DNA of 63,981 bases, the filler included, from Caldilineae bacterium (GTDB lineage: Bacteria > Chloroflexota > Anaerolineae > DTLA01): NCBI GenBank assembly GCA_037446815.1. It is 5 parts of 5 records of this genome, joined end to end, with 100 filler letters (N's around TTAATTAATTAA, not from the genome) between each part and the next. Parts side by side here need not be neighbours in the genome. Positions count along the whole stretch, not along the records: positions 26,741 to 39,670 come from JBBIHX010000072.1; positions 39,771 to 52,655 come from JBBIHX010000073.1; 3 more parts are not named here. One strand, written 5' to 3'. The translations under genes were made by a program, and so were the position numbers. The notes under the pieces were generated by a model. The model saw nothing but the letters and a program-made list of their open reading frames with translations, was not told where the DNA came from and made no database searches. This document shows, piece by piece, positions 30,002 through 39,919 of the stretch. Within the stretch, counting starts at the first letter, position 1. The number at the start of each line of letters is the position of its first letter.

Positions 30002-31501
30002 ATGAAGCGAATCGTCTCCCTCCCGCGCGACAATCGGCTCTTGCTGACCGCCTTGACCGTGGCGGCGCTGGCCGTGCGCCTAGCGCGCATCGGGTTCCAG
30101 AGCCTGTGGCGCGACGAGGCGGACGCCATCCGCTTCGCCACTCAGCCGCTGGGCGATTTGCTGCGCATGTTCGTTACCCCCGGCGAAAACGGCCCCCTGT
30201 ACTTCTTGGCGCTGCGCCCGTGGCTGGCCCTCTTCGGGGAAAGCGAGGCCGCGCTGCGCTCGTTCTCGGCGGTGGCGGGCGCGGCGCTCGTCCCGCTGAT
30301 GTTCTGGCTAGGCGCGCGGCTGTTCGGGCGGCGGGCGGGCTGGATTGCCGCAATCCTGACCGCCATCTGCCCCTACGCCGTGTGGTACTCACAAGAGGGC
30401 AAGATGTACGCCTGGGTTGCGCTCCTGGCGGCGGGCGGTTTCGTGCTGCTGTGGTGGGGACTGGAAGGCGGCCCCCGATGGGCCTGGGCAGGGTACGTGC
30501 TCGTCACCGCCATCTCGCCCTTCGTCCACTACCTAACGGCGCTCCTCATCCCCACCTTCGCGCTCGTCTTCCTTGCGGGATGGCGGCGGTGGAAATCCCG
30601 ATGGAAGGCCTACGGGGCAAGCCTGGCCCTCATCTTCCTGCCCTATCTGACGTTTGCCGCATGGCAGGTGCCCGCGCTCCTGTCCGGCTTCCGCACCGGC
30701 CACCCCTTCGTGCCGTTCCCCCAGGCGCTGGCGAGCGTCCTGTTCGGCTTCAGCGAAGGGGTGCGGCCCGCCGCCACGTTCTGGGCGCTGGTGCCGTTCC
30801 TGCTCTGTCTGCTGGCGGCGTGGGGGCTGGGCGGTGCACCCGCGGCTGGCGCGAACGAACGCGGACTGGAAAAGCCATCAGAAACGATTCGCGTCCATTC
30901 GCGTTATTCGCGGTCAGTCTCTGTCTCGGCGTGCACCATCTGGTGGGCCGCGCCGTTCCTTCTGCTGTTCGGCATTTCGCTCCTGTCGCCCCTGTTCGTG
31001 GAACGGTACCTCATCACCACGCTGCCCGCGTTCCTGCTGCTCGTGGCCGCCGGGCTGGACAATCTCCTGCGCCGCGCCCGCTGGCTGGGGCTCGCCACCG
31101 CTGCCGCGGTTATCGCCCTATCCGCGCGCGGCCTGTGGGTGCAGGCCACCGTCCCCATCAAGCCCGACATGCGCGCCGCCGCGCAGTACGTCTGCCCGCG
31201 CCTGGCGTCCGGCGACGCGGTCGTGTTCCTCATCCCCCACGTGGAGCCGGTGTTCGCCTACTACTGCGCACGCGCCTACGAGGGCATCCCGGCGCCCTAT
31301 GCCAATGCCGGGCAGGACGCCGACGCCATCGCCCGCGCCCTGGGCCGGGCCTTGCAGGACAAGCGAACGGTCTGGCTTGTGGAGTCGGAGGCGCACCTGT
31401 GGGACGCGCGCGGCTTGGTGCGCAGCGCGCTGGCGGCGGGCCGAACGCAGACGGACGAGCGCGCGTTCACGCTGGTGCGAGTTGCGGCGTATGGGCAGTA
31501 G
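30002..31501 (+). CDS. GT-C fold membrane glycosyltransferase (ArnT/PMT-like)
   Basis: QSLWRDEA, PLYF, E.ALRSFS, YSQE.KMY, ERY; many TM helices. Confidence 0.88.
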   Translation: MKRIVSLPRDNRLLLTALTVAALAVRLARIGFQSLWRDEADAIRFATQPLGDLLRMFVTPGENGPLYFLALRPWLALFGESEAALRSFSAVAGAALVPLMFWLGARLFGRRAGWIAAILTAICPYAVWYSQEGKMYAWVALLAAGGFVLLWWGLEGGPRWAWAGYVLVTAISPFVHYLTALLIPTFALVFLAGWRRWKSRWKAYGASLALIFLPYLTFAAWQVPALLSGFRTGHPFVPFPQALASVLFGFSEGVRPAATFWALVPFLLCLLAAWGLGGAPAAGANERGLEKPSETIRVHSRYSRSVSVSACTIWWAAPFLLLFGISLLSPLFVERYLITTLPAFLLLVAAGLDNLLRRARWLGLATAAAVIALSARGLWVQATVPIKPDMRAAAQYVCPRLASGDAVVFLIPHVEPVFAYYCARAYEGIPAPYANAGQDADAIARALGRALQDKRTVWLVESEAHLWDARGLVRSALAAGRTQTDERAFTLVRVAAYGQ

Positions 31502-31603
31502 CGCGCACCATTGGGGGTGAACCGGGGTTGTATCAGATGTCCCAGCGCCGCGCCAACAGATGCGCACAGCGCTTGCGCATCGGGGGCGCATAAGGAGGTG
31601 CAC

Positions 31604-33226
31604 ATGAGGAAACCAGCCATCCTTGCCCTCGCCGCCCTCTCGCTCCTGCTCATCGGATGTGTCCCGCCCGCGCGGAGGGCCACGCAGACCCCGCGCGCTA
31701 CGGCAACTGCGCCCACGGTTGCGCCGTCGGCCACCCCCACGCCGATTGCCCCTGCCTTCGCCTTTGGCGTGGAGTACATGCTCCCTGGCAGGCTGGCCGC
31801 AGTCTATTCGGAACTGGGCGCGAAGTGGGTGCGCTCCGACACCGGCAGGCAGTTCTCCTGGGGCACCATTGAGCCAAAGGCCCCCACCGCCGACGGCAAG
31901 CACACGTACCAGTGGGCCGACACCGACAAGGTCGTCGCCGAATGGCAAAACGCCGGCTTCCGCATCCAGGCATACACCAACGCGAACAACGCCTGGGCAT
32001 CGTCCACGCGCCTTCACCACGTCCCGAACCCGGAATACATGGATGACTACGAGGAATTCGTCTTCAACCTGGTGGAGCGGTACGATGGGGATGGCGATCG
32101 CGACATGCCCGGCCTCAAATCGCCCATCCTCCACTACACCGTCGTGGAAGAGTGGACAGGCTACTTTGAAGGGACGGTGGACGATTATCTGCGGATACTG
32201 ACCGCCGCCCACCGCGCCATCAAGCGGGCCAACCCGCAGGCGATGGTGGGCCTGGTGGATTTCTTCCTCATAGACGTGTTTGACGGCAACCCTTCGCCCG
32301 AGGAGGTTGAGCGCCGCGCGGCCAAGGATCATCCCCTCCGCCATCCCATGAGTGAGGTGCGCGAACTCCTCCGCCACCCCGACCTGTTTGACATCGTGGA
32401 GATTCACGCCTTGGGCGACTACACCGAACTGTATGCGACCGCCCAATGGCTGCGCGCCGAGATGCGGAAGAACGGCTACGACAAGCCCATCTGGATCGGC
32501 GACGCGCTGCCTGTTTCGTCTCTGCTCATCCCCCGCGGCCCGCGCGCGTTGCTGCCCGGAGCAACCGACGCCGATTACGAGACGGCAAGGCCCATCCGAC
32601 CCCAGGATGCCATCCGCACCGTGGGCTGGCTGGAGGCGATCACCAACCCCAAGTCCCCACAGCACGACGTAGCCCAGCGTTGGTGGCGCGCCGTCCAGGC
32701 CCGCGAGGTCGCGAAGAAGGTGGTGGTCGCCATCCATGCGGGGTACGCGGGGATGAACCTCGCGTGGCTGGTGGAAAGCCCCCTGACCCAGACGCCGCGC
32801 GTCACCGGCAGTTGGGGCTACCAGGGCATGGTGGACGCCGCGTTCAACTTCGTCAAACAGGTATGGGAGACTCGGTCGCCCTACCCCGCCTTCTACACGT
32901 ACCAACTTGCCATCCGCAAACTGGACGGCTACACCGCCGTTGAGCGCATGGACCTGGGCGATGACGTTTACGCCTACCGCTTCGTGGTGGGCGGCGCGCC
33001 GGTGTACGTCCTGTGGCGCGAGCCGGGGCGCCTGTACTTCCCCGACGAGGCCGAACCCGGACCGGCCCCGGTCAGCATGCCGTTTGACGCCCCGCAGGCG
33101 CGGGTAACGCATGTCATCACCGAGGTCGGGCAGACGGAACCGCAGACCGAGACAATCCACGCGCAGGGCGGCGTGCTGACTCTTACGCTGGGCGCCAGCC
33201 CCGTGTTTGTGGAAGCGCGGCCGTAG
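31604..33226 (+). CDS. lipoprotein with a putative clan GH-A glycoside hydrolase barrel
   Basis: LIGC lipobox; W..IEP, VERYDGDG..DMPGL..PI, AIKRANP, FDIV.IH, KPIWI. Confidence 0.7.
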   Translation: MRKPAILALAALSLLLIGCVPPARRATQTPRATATAPTVAPSATPTPIAPAFAFGVEYMLPGRLAAVYSELGAKWVRSDTGRQFSWGTIEPKAPTADGKHTYQWADTDKVVAEWQNAGFRIQAYTNANNAWASSTRLHHVPNPEYMDDYEEFVFNLVERYDGDGDRDMPGLKSPILHYTVVEEWTGYFEGTVDDYLRILTAAHRAIKRANPQAMVGLVDFFLIDVFDGNPSPEEVERRAAKDHPLRHPMSEVRELLRHPDLFDIVEIHALGDYTELYATAQWLRAEMRKNGYDKPIWIGDALPVSSLLIPRGPRALLPGATDADYETARPIRPQDAIRTVGWLEAITNPKSPQHDVAQRWWRAVQAREVAKKVVVAIHAGYAGMNLAWLVESPLTQTPRVTGSWGYQGMVDAAFNFVKQVWETRSPYPAFYTYQLAIRKLDGYTAVERMDLGDDVYAYRFVVGGAPVYVLWREPGRLYFPDEAEPGPAPVSMPFDAPQARVTHVITEVGQTEPQTETIHAQGGVLTLTLGASPVFVEARP

Positions 33227-33227
33227 A

Positions 33228-33252
33228 AAAGGCCGGGGGTTGCCCGGCCTTT
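33228..33252. terminator. bidirectional terminator
   Basis: AAAGGCCGGG-GGTTG-CCCGGCCTTT between convergent genes. Confidence 0.75.
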
Positions 33253-33285
33253 CTCCGATACCCGGGGGGAGCCTTCGCGGGATGC

Positions 33286-36069
33286 TTACTTCACCACGAT
33301 GCTCACCAGCCGCCCGGGCGCGTAGATGACCTTCAGGATTTGCTTGCCGGTGGTGTGGCGGCGCACACCCTCGGCGGCGAGGGCGGCCTGGCGCACGTCC
33401 TCTTCCGTCGCGTCCGCCGACACGGTGATGCGATCGCGCACCTTGCCGTTGACCTGCACCGCCAGGGTGATCATCTCCTCGCGCGCGATGTCCTCATCCC
33501 ACTGGGGCCACGGCTGCTGGTGCACGCTGTAGGGCTGGCCGATGCGCTCCCACAGTTCCTCGGCCACGTGCGGGCAGGCCGGCGCCAGCAACAGCACCAT
33601 GGTACGAATCGCCTCGTTCCACGCCTCTGACCCGTATAGCGCCGTCTCCTTCGCCTTCACCAGCGCGTTCAGGAACTCCATCAGGTTGGCGATGTACGTG
33701 TTGAAGGCGAGCGCCTCCATGTCCTCCGTCGCGCGGCGAATCGTCTGGTGCGTCTTGCGGCGCAGGCCGCGCACCTCGGGCTCCGTCGGCTGACCCGTGG
33801 CGGCGCGGGCCGGCGGCGTCAGCACGCAGTCCCACACGCGGTACAGGAATCGCGACACGCCTTCAATCCCCTGGCTATCCCACGGGCCGCCCTGCTCCCA
33901 GCGGTACCCGAACATCAGGTACGCGCGCACCGTATCCGCGCCGTACTTCGCCACCTGCTCGTCGGGCGACACCACGTTGCCGCGGCTCTTGGACATCTTC
34001 TCGCGGTCCTCGCCCAAGATCATGCCCTGGTTGCGCAGGCGCAGCATCGGCTCGTCAAAGTTCACCAGCCCCATATCCCGCATGACCTTGGTGAAGAAAC
34101 GCGTGTAGATGAGGTGCATGGTCGCGTGCTCAATCCCGCCCGTGTACAAATCCACCGGCAGCCAGTACTTGCCCTCCTCGGGGTCAAAGGGCTGATCGCC
34201 CTCGTAGTACGGGCTGAGGTAGGCGTACTGGTACCACGACGAGCACAGGAACGTGTCCATGGTGTCGGTCTCGCGCTCGGCAGGGCCGCCGCACTTGGGG
34301 CACGTCGTGTAGCGGAACCCCGCGTGGTACTTCAGCGGGCTCTCGCCGGTGGGCAGGAACTCCGCATCCTCCGGCAGGAGCACCGGCAGGTCCTCGTAGG
34401 GCACCGGCACCGTCCCGCACTTCTCGCAATAGACAATGGGGATGGGCGCGCCCCAGTACCGCTGGCGGCTGATGAGCCAGTCACGCAGTTTGTACTTGAC
34501 GGCGTACTTGCCGAGACCTTGCGCCTCAAGCCAGGCGGTAACTTTCTTCACGGCCTCGTCCCCCGGCGTGCCGGTGAACGGCCCGGAGTTGATCATCGTC
34601 CCGTACTCGGCGTGGAACAGGATGTCGCGGTAGAACTCCTCGCGCCACAGCATCTCCATGACGGTGCGCGCCGCGTTCGTCGCGGGGTCCAGCGCCCGGC
34701 AGCGGGCCAGAATCTCGCGGTCGGCTTGCTCGGAGTCCAACTCGCGCACCCCATCGGCGAAGATGAAGGCCCAACGCGCGCCGACTACCTCCACCCACGC
34801 ATCGGGGCGGACATGCGCGCGCGCCGCCGCGACGAACGCCGCTACCTGCTCGGCCCCCTGGAGCGCGACGCGCCACGAATTGCCGTCGTCCTCCGGCGCG
34901 ATGCCGGCAGCGGCCAACGCCTCGGCGAACCCGTCGTTCACGGCGGTGCGCCGCACCCGCGACTTGGCCTTGCCGTCGGTGCGGTCAATGACCGGAATGA
35001 TGGGCAGGCCGAACTTCAGCGCGAACTGGAAGTCGCGCTCGTCATGCGACGGCACCCCCATGATGGCCCCCGTCCCGTAGGTCATCATCACGTAGTCGGC
35101 GATCCAGATGGGAATGCGCGCGCCGTTGACCGGATTCACCGCGTAGGCCCCGATGAACACGCCGGTCTTCTCCTTGTCCGTGGCAAGGCGCGCCACCTCG
35201 GTCTGGCGGCTGGCCTCGGCCACGTAGGCCTCCACCGCAGGGCGATATTCCGACGGCGTCAACTTGTCCACCAGCGGGTGCTCGGGCGCCAGCACCATAA
35301 ACGTAGCGCCCCACAGCGTGTCGGGCCGCGTGGTGAACACCACAATCGGGTCGCCCGCCTCGCTGCGGAAGGTAACCTCGGCCCCCTCGCTCCGCCCAAT
35401 CCAGTTCGTCTGCATCGTGCGCACCCGCTCGGGCCAGTCAATCTTGGAGAAATCCAGCAGTTCGTCGGCGTAGGCTGTCGTGCGGAAGAACCACTGGTTC
35501 AGTTCCCTGCGGATGACGGGCGTGCCGCACCGTTCGCAGTGGCGATCTTCGCCCCACACCTGCTCGCGGGCCAGCGTCGTGTTGCACGTCGGGCAGAAGT
35601 CCACGGGCGCGAAGGCGCGGTACGCCATCCCCATTTCGTAGAACTTCAGGAAGAACCACTGCGTCCATTTGTAGTAGCCAGGGAGGCACGAGATGGCTTC
35701 CCGTTCCCAGTCAAACATGGCGCCCATGCTCTTCAGTTGGCGGCGCATCTTCTCTATGTTCGCCATGGTCCACTTGAACGGATGGATGCCGTGCTTGATG
35801 GCCGCGTTTTCGGCGGGCAGGCCGAAGGCGTCAAACCCCATGGGGAACAGGACGTTGTAGCCCCGCATGCGCATGTAGCGGGCGTGGGCGTCCGACGGCG
35901 CCATGGCGTACCAGTGCCCGATGTGCAGGTCGCCCGACGGGTAGGGGAGCATCGTCAGGGCGTAGTGCTTGGGCCGCGTGGGGTCAACCCTGGACCGGTA
36001 CAGTTGGTCCTTCTCCCATCGCGCCTGCCATTTTGGCTCAATCTCTTGCGGCACGTACTTGTCTGCCAT
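33286..36069 (-). CDS. leuS: leucine--tRNA ligase
   Basis: PYPSGDLHIGH, FTTRPDT, GTGAIMGVP.HD.RD, DWLISRQRYWG, KMSKS. Confidence 0.98.
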   Translation of the reverse strand: MADKYVPQEIEPKWQARWEKDQLYRSRVDPTRPKHYALTMLPYPSGDLHIGHWYAMAPSDAHARYMRMRGYNVLFPMGFDAFGLPAENAAIKHGIHPFKWTMANIEKMRRQLKSMGAMFDWEREAISCLPGYYKWTQWFFLKFYEMGMAYRAFAPVDFCPTCNTTLAREQVWGEDRHCERCGTPVIRRELNQWFFRTTAYADELLDFSKIDWPERVRTMQTNWIGRSEGAEVTFRSEAGDPIVVFTTRPDTLWGATFMVLAPEHPLVDKLTPSEYRPAVEAYVAEASRQTEVARLATDKEKTGVFIGAYAVNPVNGARIPIWIADYVMMTYGTGAIMGVPSHDERDFQFALKFGLPIIPVIDRTDGKAKSRVRRTAVNDGFAEALAAAGIAPEDDGNSWRVALQGAEQVAAFVAAARAHVRPDAWVEVVGARWAFIFADGVRELDSEQADREILARCRALDPATNAARTVMEMLWREEFYRDILFHAEYGTMINSGPFTGTPGDEAVKKVTAWLEAQGLGKYAVKYKLRDWLISRQRYWGAPIPIVYCEKCGTVPVPYEDLPVLLPEDAEFLPTGESPLKYHAGFRYTTCPKCGGPAERETDTMDTFLCSSWYQYAYLSPYYEGDQPFDPEEGKYWLPVDLYTGGIEHATMHLIYTRFFTKVMRDMGLVNFDEPMLRLRNQGMILGEDREKMSKSRGNVVSPDEQVAKYGADTVRAYLMFGYRWEQGGPWDSQGIEGVSRFLYRVWDCVLTPPARAATGQPTEPEVRGLRRKTHQTIRRATEDMEALAFNTYIANLMEFLNALVKAKETALYGSEAWNEAIRTMVLLLAPACPHVAEELWERIGQPYSVHQQPWPQWDEDIAREEMITLAVQVNGKVRDRITVSADATEEDVRQAALAAEGVRRHTTGKQILKVIYAPGRLVSIVVK

Positions 36070-36178
36070 CTTCTTCTCCTCTCCTCGTGGTACTGCCACC
36101 GTGCCCCGCGGGGTACCGCATCCGCCGCGACGTGTTCAGGTGCAGCGCAACTCCGCAGCCCATCGCGCCTGCGGCTCC

Positions 36179-36510
36179 AAAACAAAACTCCCCCGTCCAG
36201 GGACGGAGGAGTTCCGCGGTACCACCCTGCTTGGCCAGGTTTTCGTGGTAGGGTGAAGGTGGAGCTGAGGGGACTTGAACCCCTGACCCCTTGTCTGCCA
36301 GACAAGTGCTCTCCCACTGAGCTACAGCCCCGTGCGTGTCCTGGCCCACTCTGCGGCGGGTAACGTCCGCCAGTCGTCGGCGACTACTCCAATTCGCCGC
36401 CGCGGCTCCCAGGCGAGTTCGGCCTCGTGCGCTCCCCGTCGGCGCGACGGCGGGCTCGCACCCGGTGCCCGCCTCTCTGCAGGGATGGCCTACTACTCCT
36501 GTTCAGCGCC
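36179..36510 (-). ncRNA. T-box riboswitch (Leu, CUC specifier) of leuS
   Basis: stem I with AGUA, AGAGA and GGUGCGA motifs; GAA-CUC specifier (36417-36415); T-box GGGUGGUACCGCG; overlapping terminator hairpin with U-tract. Confidence 0.9.
36258..36331 (-). tRNA. tRNA-Ala(GGC) nested in T-box stem III
   Basis: full cloverleaf, G3:U70, A73, anticodon loop CU-GGC-AG; the gene encodes only CC of the CCA end. Confidence 0.92.
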
Positions 36511-36522
36511 TTTCCCTATGCG

Positions 36523-36600
<78 letters not shown>

Positions 36601-36611
36601 ATCGTATCGCT

Positions 36612-36640
36612 AGTATATGCGATGCGGGCGGGATTGTCAA
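36612..36640 (-). promoter_or_regulatory. sigma70 promoter for the tRNA/T-box/leuS transcript
   Basis: minus strand TTGACA (36640-36635), N17, TATACT (36617-36612). Confidence 0.8.
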
Positions 36641-36655
36641 TTTGCGCCGCCCTGC

Positions 36656-36914
36656 GAGTCGGTTTCATCTTGTGTTGGTCTGCCCCGCGCGCTGACTCCC
36701 CGCTCTGTCATGCTGAGCCGAAGGCGAAGCATCTCGGTCAGCGAGATTCTTCGCGGCTTCGCCGCTCAGAATGACAGTTGGGGGCGGGGTCGCGCGGGGC
36801 TAAAGCCGCCGCGCTGAGGGGGCACGGGAGGCCCGGCCCAGTCCTGTCACCCTGAGCGAAGCGAAGGGTCTCGGCTTGCGAGATTCTTCGCGGCTTCGCC
36901 GCTCAGAATGACAG
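36656..36914. repeat. MITE left end and two REP-like hairpins
   Basis: GAGTCGGTTTCATCTTGTGTTGGT, then two TGTCA..CTGAG...CTCAGAATGACA elements. Confidence 0.75.
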
Positions 36915-36975
36915 TTGGGAGGGGCCGCACAGCGCCCGTTTGACATCCGCGCCGCCCGCCCGCATAATCGGCAGC

Positions 36976-39375
36976 ATGGCTCACAGGGACAGACCGCGTT
37001 GGACATCCATGCTCGCGCTGATTGGCGTCCTCCTCGCCCTTGCGGCGTGCGCTGCGCTGCGCCGCGAGGCCGAGCGCACCGCTACGCCTGCCCCCACGCC
37101 CGCGCCCAGCGCCACGCCTGCGCCCACGGCCACGCCCTCGCCCCAAGAGATGCTGAGCGCGGCGCGATACGCCTACGCCATCGGCGACTGGGAGCAGGCC
37201 GCATCCCTGGCGCAGCGCGTGCTCGGCGAATCGCCTGCCCTCGCCGCGGACGCCCGCCTCGTCCTGGCGCGCAGCCTACTGGCGCTGGGCAAGCCCGCGG
37301 ATGCAGCAGAGGCGCTCCAGGGGGCCGACTTCGCCGATGCGCACGCGCAGACCCTGGCCCTCTCGGTGCTGGCCGCGGCCTATCGCGACGCGGGCGATTG
37401 GGCGCGCGCCGTGGAGTACCAGACCCAACTCATCACGGCGACCGAGGTGCTGTCGGCGTGGTTTCATGAACTCAACGGCGACGCCTACCTGCAGTTGGGA
37501 GACACAGACCAGGCGCTCGCGGCCTATGGGCAGGCAGCGGCGGCGGACGAGGCAGCCCGGAATCGGCTGCTGGAGAAGATCGCGCAGGTTCAGAAAGACG
37601 CGGGCCGCGTCGCCGATGCGGTGCAGACCTACGACACGCTGCTTGCGGCGCTTTCGGCCCCGGACCTCGTGGCGAAGGTGCACTATCTCAAGGGGCTGGC
37701 CCTGCGAGATAGCGACGAGGGCGCGGCGCTGGCCGAATTCCGGGCGGCGACCGAGGCATCCACAACTGCGCGCGAATCCTACCTGGCGCTGGTGGAGTTG
37801 ATCCAGGCAGGCGAGACGATAGACGAATTTCGCCGCGGCCTGATAGATTACCAGAACGGAGCCTACCAGGCCGCCGCAGCAGCCTTTGAGCGGGCCCTGG
37901 CGTCCGCGGAAAAGCGCGAGCGGCCCGATGCCGCGTACTACCTGGGGCTGGCGCGCCTGGCGCTGGGCGACTACGAGGGCGCGCTGGAAGCCTTGGACAC
38001 GGCGCAGGCGCAGGGCGAGGATTCTGCATTCCGCGCGAAGGCGCTCATGGCAAAGGCGCGGACGCTGGCCCAGGCCGGCAAATTCCCCGAGGCCCGCGAT
38101 GCCTACCGCCAGGCCCAGGCCGCCTGCCCCACTTGCCCCACCGCGCCCCAGGCCCTGTGGCGAAGCGCCGAGACCGCGGCGGCCCAGGGCGACCGCGCCA
38201 CCGCCGCGTCCGACTACCTGTGGCTCCAGCGCCTATATCCTGGCGACGACGGCGCGGACAACGCCATGTTCCAGGCCGCCCTGCTCTACTATCAGGACAA
38301 GCGTTTCGCGGAGGCCCGCCAAGTCTGCGAAGACCTGCTCGCCCGCTACCCCGCGTCCGATGTGGCGTCCGCCGCGTCATTCTGGGCGGCGAAGGCGGCG
38401 CTCCGGGCGGGCGCGGCGGATATGGCCGAGCCGCACTTGCGCACCCTCGCGGAGGGTCTCTCCGCCGACTACTATGCCCTGCGCGCGGCGAGCATCCTCC
38501 AGGCCCCGGACAGCATCCTCCCCCCGCCCGGCAACATCCTCCTTCAAGCCGACGATGAGGCCGAGCGCGCCGCGTGCACCGCGTGGCTGGTCGGCTGGGC
38601 GAACCAGGGTGAGCCATATCCCTTTGACCGCCTCCCCGACGACCTCGCCCGCGACCTGGATTTTCGCAAGGGCGAAGCCTTCGCGGCCATCGGCCTGAAC
38701 GAGAAGGCGGCGGAGCACTTCGGGGCGGTGCGGGCGAAGTGGAAGGACGCTCCCCTGGCGCTGTTCCAGTTGGCCGAATACCTGCGCGACATCGGCCTCT
38801 ACCGCCAGTCCATCGCCTGCGCCGAGCGCGTGATGGCGCTGGCGCCTTCGGGCGCGACAACCCGCATTCCGCGCTACCTCCGGCGCCTGGCCTACCCCGC
38901 GTACTACGCCGACCTGATCCTGGAGCACGCAAGCCGCAATGGCCTGGACCCGCTGCTGGTCTTCGCGCTGGTGCGCCAGGAAAGCCGATTTGACCCGCTG
39001 GCCGGATCATGGGCAGGGGCGCTGGGGCTGATGCAGATCATCCCGCCCACGGGCGAGTGGGTCGCGCTCCAGGTGGGCGAGCGTGGCTTCCGCCGAGAAG
39101 ACCTCCTGCGCCCCGCGCTCAACGTCCGCTTCGGCGCGTGGTACCTGGGCCGGCAGATGCGCGATTTCGGCGGCGACCCATTGGCTGCGCTGGCGGCCTA
39201 CAACGGCGGGCCGGGGTACGTGCGGCTCTGGCTGTCGCGGATGACGGAGTACGACCCGGACCTGTTCGTGGAGACCATCCCCGCGGCCGAGACGCGGACC
39301 TACGTGAAATCCGTCGTGGCGCAGTTCGCCGCCTACCGCGCCATCTACCAGCCGGGCCAGGGCCAGACCCCGTAA
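36976..39375 (+). CDS. TPR-repeat lipoprotein with C-terminal Slt-type lytic transglycosylase
   Basis: LAAC lipobox, TPR repeats, RQESRF, GLMQI, AAYNGGPG, ETR.YV. Confidence 0.9.
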   Translation: MAHRDRPRWTSMLALIGVLLALAACAALRREAERTATPAPTPAPSATPAPTATPSPQEMLSAARYAYAIGDWEQAASLAQRVLGESPALAADARLVLARSLLALGKPADAAEALQGADFADAHAQTLALSVLAAAYRDAGDWARAVEYQTQLITATEVLSAWFHELNGDAYLQLGDTDQALAAYGQAAAADEAARNRLLEKIAQVQKDAGRVADAVQTYDTLLAALSAPDLVAKVHYLKGLALRDSDEGAALAEFRAATEASTTARESYLALVELIQAGETIDEFRRGLIDYQNGAYQAAAAAFERALASAEKRERPDAAYYLGLARLALGDYEGALEALDTAQAQGEDSAFRAKALMAKARTLAQAGKFPEARDAYRQAQAACPTCPTAPQALWRSAETAAAQGDRATAASDYLWLQRLYPGDDGADNAMFQAALLYYQDKRFAEARQVCEDLLARYPASDVASAASFWAAKAALRAGAADMAEPHLRTLAEGLSADYYALRAASILQAPDSILPPPGNILLQADDEAERAACTAWLVGWANQGEPYPFDRLPDDLARDLDFRKGEAFAAIGLNEKAAEHFGAVRAKWKDAPLALFQLAEYLRDIGLYRQSIACAERVMALAPSGATTRIPRYLRRLAYPAYYADLILEHASRNGLDPLLVFALVRQESRFDPLAGSWAGALGLMQIIPPTGEWVALQVGERGFRREDLLRPALNVRFGAWYLGRQMRDFGGDPLAALAAYNGGPGYVRLWLSRMTEYDPDLFVETIPAAETRTYVKSVVAQFAAYRAIYQPGQGQTP

Positions 39376-39557
39376 GCGGCGCTCGGCGCCCGAAGGCCGC
39401 ATCCTCGGATGGCGCGGGTTGCGCAGACAGGTCGTCTCCCTAGCGTGTAGATCGCAAGGGAATGGCTGGAGTTCACCGCAGAGTTCACTGTAGAGATGTT
39501 CAGGGTTTCCTCTGCGCTCTCTCTGCGCCTCCGCGGTGCAAAATCAACCGTGAGCGC

Positions 39558-39670
39558 GAGTCGGTTCCGAAGTCTGTTGGCATCTACCGTCATTCTGAGC
39601 GGCGAAGCCGCGAAGAATCTCGCTGACCGAGATGCTTCGCCTTCGGCTCAGCATGACAGAGTGGGGAGGC
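39558..39670 (-). repeat. MITE right end and REP at the contig end
   Basis: GAGTCGGTTCCGAAGTCTGTTGG followed by GTCATTCTGAG...CTCAGCATGACA. Confidence 0.75.
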
Positions 39671-39770
39671 NNNNNNNNNNNNNNNNNNNNNNNNNNNNNN
39701 NNNNNNNNNNNNNNTTAATTAATTAANNNNNNNNNNNNNNNNNNNNNNNNNNNNNNNNNNNNNNNNNNNN
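39671..39770. other. artificial contig linker
   Basis: N-run with TTAATTAATTAA. Confidence 0.97.
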
Positions 39771-39919
39771 TTCGGGCGCTGCGCGCCCTCGCAATGACAA
39801 ACACCAACAGACTTTGGAACCGAATCCCTCCCCTCCGACGCTTGCAGGTAACGCCGAAATGGTGTATTATGAGACGCAGCAGACCGCCGATTCTCGGATT
39901 CCTTTCCAGGAGGGGGCAC

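Noticed and set aside
33748..36363. Long antisense ORFs (e.g. 871 aa opposite leuS, 721 aa opposite copA, 937 aa at 55497-58310)
   Set aside because: These are shadow ORFs typical of high-GC coding DNA and have no protein motifs.
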